Assembly: GCA_044351695.1 (NCBI GenBank)
Contig: JBILFF010000001.1
Span: 2,400 to 66,399, forward strand
Direction of reading: 5' to 3'
Origin: Bdellovibrionota bacterium
Lineage (GTDB): Bacteria; Bdellovibrionota; UBA2394
Length of the DNA: 64,000 nucleotides
Each line of letters starts with the position of its first letter. Position 1 is the stretch's first letter. The notes under the pieces were generated by a model. It was given only the letters and a program-made list of their open reading frames with translations, did not search any database and was not told the DNA's origin. Shown piece by piece: positions 60,319 to 64,000 of this stretch. A program made the position numbers and the translations under genes.

Positions 60319-61494
60319 ATGAATCGAACCAAGACCGGACTTGAATTTCTTTCGTCGTGGATCAAATCACGCTCGCTCAAACGAAAAAATTTTGGCGTGT
60401 TGTGTCATCCCTCATCGATCACCCCCTCACTCGAACACCTCGCTGACATCGTCGACGACGCGGCTTCTTTAAAAACTTTTTTTGGTCCGCAGCACGGAAT
60501 TTTTGGCGAAACTCAAGACAACATGATCGAGTGGGAAGATCGCCAAGATTCGCAGGGTCGGCCAATCTACTCGCTCTACGGTAAGCATCGCAAGCCCACG
60601 CGCGAAAGCTTGAGCGGGCTTGATTATCTGGTCATCGATTTGTTTGACGTGGGCGCGCGCTACTACACTTTTATTTACACCATGTCTTATATGATCGAGG
60701 TCTGCGCCGAGCTTGGAATTGAGGTGGTAGTTTGTGATCGTCCTAATCCGCTAGGCGGTCAGTTTGTTGAAGGCCCAATCCTCGATCTTCAGTATCGGTC
60801 TTTTGTAGGACTTCATCCCCTGCCGGTTTGTCACGGCATGACGATTGGTGAGTTGGCCATGTTTTTTCAGCAGTTTCACTCACACCAAGCTAAAATTCAT
60901 ATCCTCAAGCTGAAAAATTGGGATCGGCGCCAGGTGTTTCCGCAGACGGGGCTGCCTTGGCTTCTGCCGTCACCCAATATGCCCAACTATTTAACGGCAG
61001 CTCTTTATCCGGGAATGTGCCTACTTGAGGCGACCAGTTTGTCTGAGGGCCGCGGAACTACCAGACCCTTTGAGCTCATTGGAGCGCCCTTTTTTAATTG
61101 GCAAGACATTGAGCGAGAGTACTTAAAAATTTGCAAATCCATCGGAATTGCCCCATCACAATTTCACCGACAAGGTTTTATTCCGACTTTTCATAAGCAT
61201 GCGGGTGAGCTTTGTTTTGGAGCCATTCAAATTCCCCCCAAATCCAAGTTCTATCCTCTACGACACATGACGATTCTGCTTTGGGTTTTTCGATCGCTTT
61301 ATGGTGATCGGTGGTCTTGGAAGCAGCCTCCTTATGAATATGAATTTCATAAGCTGCCCATTGATATCTTAGCGGGGGGTCCAGAGCTTCGAGAGTGTGT
61401 AGATCAGCAGGGCAGTCTAAAAAAGCTGTTTCAAAGTTGGCAAGATCACGAAAAGACATTTAAGACTCAACGGAAGAAATACTTATTGTATTGA
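60319..61494 (+). CDS. DUF1343 family protein (NamZ-like exo-beta-N-acetylmuramidase family)
   Basis: Full-length resemblance to DUF1343/YzbB proteins (…GPQHGIFGE…LVIDLFDVGARYYTFIYTM…). Confidence 0.65.
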   Translation: MNRTKTGLEFLSSWIKSRSLKRKNFGVLCHPSSITPSLEHLADIVDDAASLKTFFGPQHGIFGETQDNMIEWEDRQDSQGRPIYSLYGKHRKPTRESLSGLDYLVIDLFDVGARYYTFIYTMSYMIEVCAELGIEVVVCDRPNPLGGQFVEGPILDLQYRSFVGLHPLPVCHGMTIGELAMFFQQFHSHQAKIHILKLKNWDRRQVFPQTGLPWLLPSPNMPNYLTAALYPGMCLLEATSLSEGRGTTRPFELIGAPFFNWQDIEREYLKICKSIGIAPSQFHRQGFIPTFHKHAGELCFGAIQIPPKSKFYPLRHMTILLWVFRSLYGDRWSWKQPPYEYEFHKLPIDILAGGPELRECVDQQGSLKKLFQSWQDHEKTFKTQRKKYLLY

Positions 61495-61519
61495 GCGCCC
61501 TAAAGGGGGCGGGTCTTTT

Positions 61520-64000
61520 ATGATTCAAACAAAGCGTATCGGCGGCCTAGAGGGCTCGACTCTTAGTTACTTTATTTCTCGTCATTACGATCGAGCCCTT
61601 CTCGTTTACCCTCTCAGCGCGAATCTCGAAGAGGAGTCGCGCTCTTTAGAGTTTTTTAGCCGACAAAAAAATCTCGGGGCTTGTGCCAGATTTCCCGCCT
61701 TTGAGAACGCTTACGATGCCGCCCGAGAAGACCCAAGAACCGTCTATCAGCGGCTGCAAACTCAGCTGCACCTCAGCTCGTCTGGCTCGCAGAGGCCTGC
61801 TTTCGTTCTTACCAATCTTGTTGCGCTTTCGCAAAAAACGATCTCGTCGCAGCTTCTCCACAGCGCCTGCATTAGCTTTGAAAAGGGTGCATTTTTTGAC
61901 CGAGACGACCTTATTCTTCGGCTTCAGGCGGCAGGATACATTCGCGACGAACTCGCTCAAGATCATGGGACTTTTAGTGTTCGCGGCCTCTTGATTGATG
62001 TGTTTCCCCCTTTTGATGAGCAGCCTCTGCGGCTTGAGTTTTTTGTAGACGAGATTATTTCGATTCGTCGATTTGATCCCGAATCTCAGCGCTCATTGAT
62101 AGAGCTGAATTCGTACACTCTTCCGCCTTGTCGTGAATTGATTCTATCAGCCGACAGAATTTCTTCGTTTCGCAAAAACCTGAAGGATTTTGGGGACAGC
62201 AAAAACATTGCTCGCGAAGATCGAGAGGCCGTTCTTTTGCAGCTTGAAAATCACCGAGAACTCGTGGAGTCGCGCACCCTGCTGCCCGCCCTTGGAGAGC
62301 GGCTCGTGGATCTTTGGGATTATCTTCCGAAAGACTGGCCCATTGTTTGGATCAATCGCAAACAGGCCGATGAAGAGGCTTCTCGTTTTTGGTTGAGAGA
62401 AGATTCTCAGTTCGCACAGCTGCAACATCTAGCCTATGGACCAGAGAGCCTTCGATCAGATCATGCCCCGACCAACAGGGTTGAGAGCGAGCTCAGCACG
62501 TTGATCGATGCGTCTGCGGAGATCAACTACCAAAGCGAAGCCCTCTCTACTCTGAGATCAAGGATTCTGGGCAGCAAGTCTCTTCAGCCCCTCATCGACA
62601 CGATTCACTCCAACATTGAAAAACAGTTTGAGGTCCACCTCGTTCTCAACAACATGAAGCGCCGAGAATCTCTGCTCGAGAGCCTGTCGCTCTCGAGCGA
62701 TTCCTCCCTGATTCAGTGGCACCAAGGGCCGCTGTTTTCGGGTTTTAGTTCGGGCACGCTTCGCTCGTGTTACATCACCGAGAGAGATATTTTTGGAGCA
62801 CGCAGCTCACCCAAAACCGTCGGCAAGCGCGTAGAGGCCAAAGACTATCTTCGCGAGTTTTCGGATTTGGTCGACGGAGACTACGTCGTGCACGAAGAGC
62901 ACGGTCTGGGCCGATTTAAGGGCCTCATCACTTTAGAACTTCACTCCGTCACCTCTGAGTTTGCCCTTATTGAGTATGCCGACGCAGACAAGCTCTATCT
63001 GCCCATCTATCGACTCGATCAAATTTCGCGCTATGTGCCTGGAGATGGCTACGCCACCCCACGGCTCGACAAGCTGGGCAGCCAGGTGTTTGCCAAAAAG
63101 AAGCAACGTGCTCGCGAAGATATTCTTAAGCTTGCCCATGAGCTGCTCGACGTCGCAGCAAAAAGAAAATTATTGAAGATCGAGCGCGCTAAGCTCGATC
63201 TTCAAAAGTATCACTCCTTTTGCAATGACTTTCCCTTTGAGCTCACGCCCGACCAAGAAAGCACGATGGCCGATGTAGAGTCTGACTTAAAAAAAGAGGT
63301 CCCCATGGATCGTCTGGTATGTGGAGACGTGGGATTCGGAAAAACCGAAATCGCTTTGCGGGCTGCCATGTATCGAGCCCTTCAGGGCACGCAAATCATC
63401 GTCTTGGCACCCACCACGCTCCTTGTAGAGCAGCACTTTAAGGGCTTTCAAAAAAGATTCGCCCCCTATGGAATTCGGGTGGAGCGACTTTCGCGATTTC
63501 TAAGCGCAAAAGAACAAAGGCAGGTTTTAGATCGTGTCGAAAGTGGGGCCACTCAAATCATTGTGGGCACGCATCGCCTCCTTCAGTCCGACGTCAGGTT
63601 TAATCACGCGGGCTTGTTGATTGTGGATGAAGAACAAAGGTTTGGAGTGAAGCACAAAGAAAGAATGAAAAAGCTTCGCTCCGAAATGGACATTCTCACT
63701 CTCAGCGCCACGCCCATTCCGCGCACGCTTCAAATGGCCATCGTCGGCTTGCGAGAGCTCTCGCTCATCACCACGCCCCCAGAAACCCGAGAAGCAGTAA
63801 ACACTTTCGTGGGCCGCTTTGATTCTAAATTGATTCGCGACGCCAGCCTGAGAGAGCTTCAGCGTGATGGGCAAATTCTTTTTATCCACAACCGTGTCCA
63901 AAGCATCTATCGGCTTGAACAAGAACTTAAAAAGCTTTTGCCTGAGTTTCGAATTCTTGTCGGTCACGGACAAATGCCCGAGGCTGATCTCGAAAAAGTG
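61520..64000 (+). CDS. mfd: transcription-repair coupling factor Mfd (3' end outside window)
   Basis: ORF open to the window end, so absent from the supplied ORF track; UvrB-homology and RNAP-interacting N-terminal domains; helicase motifs GDVGFGKTE, DEEQRFGV, LTLSATPIPRTL. Confidence 0.9.
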   Translation, partial: MIQTKRIGGLEGSTLSYFISRHYDRALLVYPLSANLEEESRSLEFFSRQKNLGACARFPAFENAYDAAREDPRTVYQRLQTQLHLSSSGSQRPAFVLTNLVALSQKTISSQLLHSACISFEKGAFFDRDDLILRLQAAGYIRDELAQDHGTFSVRGLLIDVFPPFDEQPLRLEFFVDEIISIRRFDPESQRSLIELNSYTLPPCRELILSADRISSFRKNLKDFGDSKNIAREDREAVLLQLENHRELVESRTLLPALGERLVDLWDYLPKDWPIVWINRKQADEEASRFWLREDSQFAQLQHLAYGPESLRSDHAPTNRVESELSTLIDASAEINYQSEALSTLRSRILGSKSLQPLIDTIHSNIEKQFEVHLVLNNMKRRESLLESLSLSSDSSLIQWHQGPLFSGFSSGTLRSCYITERDIFGARSSPKTVGKRVEAKDYLREFSDLVDGDYVVHEEHGLGRFKGLITLELHSVTSEFALIEYADADKLYLPIYRLDQISRYVPGDGYATPRLDKLGSQVFAKKKQRAREDILKLAHELLDVAAKRKLLKIERAKLDLQKYHSFCNDFPFELTPDQESTMADVESDLKKEVPMDRLVCGDVGFGKTEIALRAAMYRALQGTQIIVLAPTTLLVEQHFKGFQKRFAPYGIRVERLSRFLSAKEQRQVLDRVESGATQIIVGTHRLLQSDVRFNHAGLLIVDEEQRFGVKHKERMKKLRSEMDILTLSATPIPRTLQMAIVGLRELSLITTPPETREAVNTFVGRFDSKLIRDASLRELQRDGQILFIHNRVQSIYRLEQELKKLLPEFRILVGHGQMPEADLEKV

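Noticed and set aside
1-64000. CRISPR arrays, tRNA and rRNA genes
   Set aside because: I found no regularly spaced short direct repeats and no tRNA-like or rRNA-like conserved segments (for example GGTTCGAATCC-type T-arms) in the intergenic regions. A tRNAscan or CRISPR-finder run would be more sensitive than reading by eye.

Overview
This 64-kb window is a mostly protein-coding bacterial chromosomal segment at roughly 50% GC. The gene content (many exported proteins of unknown function, a BamD-like lipoprotein, PilT, and a TIGR02147-like HTH protein) looks like a Bdellovibrio-like, Oligoflexia-type predatory bacterium, but this is an inference from content, not a database hit.

The first half is housekeeping. 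It holds a partial class-III aminotransferase plus an ALDH7-family dehydrogenase (a lysine-catabolism pair), hemW-grpE-dnaK, rlmE, a BamD-like lipoprotein, hisS, alaS, lon, pilT, and an alpha/beta hydrolase. The far 3' end holds uvrA, a DnaJ-like zinc-finger protein, glpK, a DUF1343/NamZ-like gene, and 5' mfd running off the window.

Between them lies a small AT-rich islet of mobile and defence remnants: an IS200/RayT-like protein with a degenerate HUH motif, IS256-family transposase fragments, a Fic protein, and an HNH nuclease.

The most striking feature is a roughly 23-kb Tad/Flp-type (type IVc pilus-like) locus on the minus strand (31179-54181). Its main operon encodes two Flp pilins, TadE- and TadG-like pseudopilins, a 1064-aa Gly-rich giant protein with a prepilin-like N-terminus, CpaB, a CpaC secretin, an unusual fused TadZ(CpaE)-TadA(CpaF) ATPase, and TadB. 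This operon is preceded by a 1089-aa low-complexity lipoprotein. Separated from it by an oppositely oriented DUF4143 AAA ATPase is an upstream operon: TadC, DUF192, and three membrane-anchored FHA-domain proteins. The architecture is reminiscent of predation- or host-interaction-linked Tad-like machines (Kil-like or hit-locus-like), but appears non-canonical.

Other notable features are a near-identical ~75-nt leader element duplicated upstream of two unrelated operons of exported Cys-rich proteins, an XRE-HTH/nucleotidyltransferase toxin-antitoxin-like pair with an operator palindrome, and several intrinsic terminators. I found no rRNA, tRNA or CRISPR arrays.
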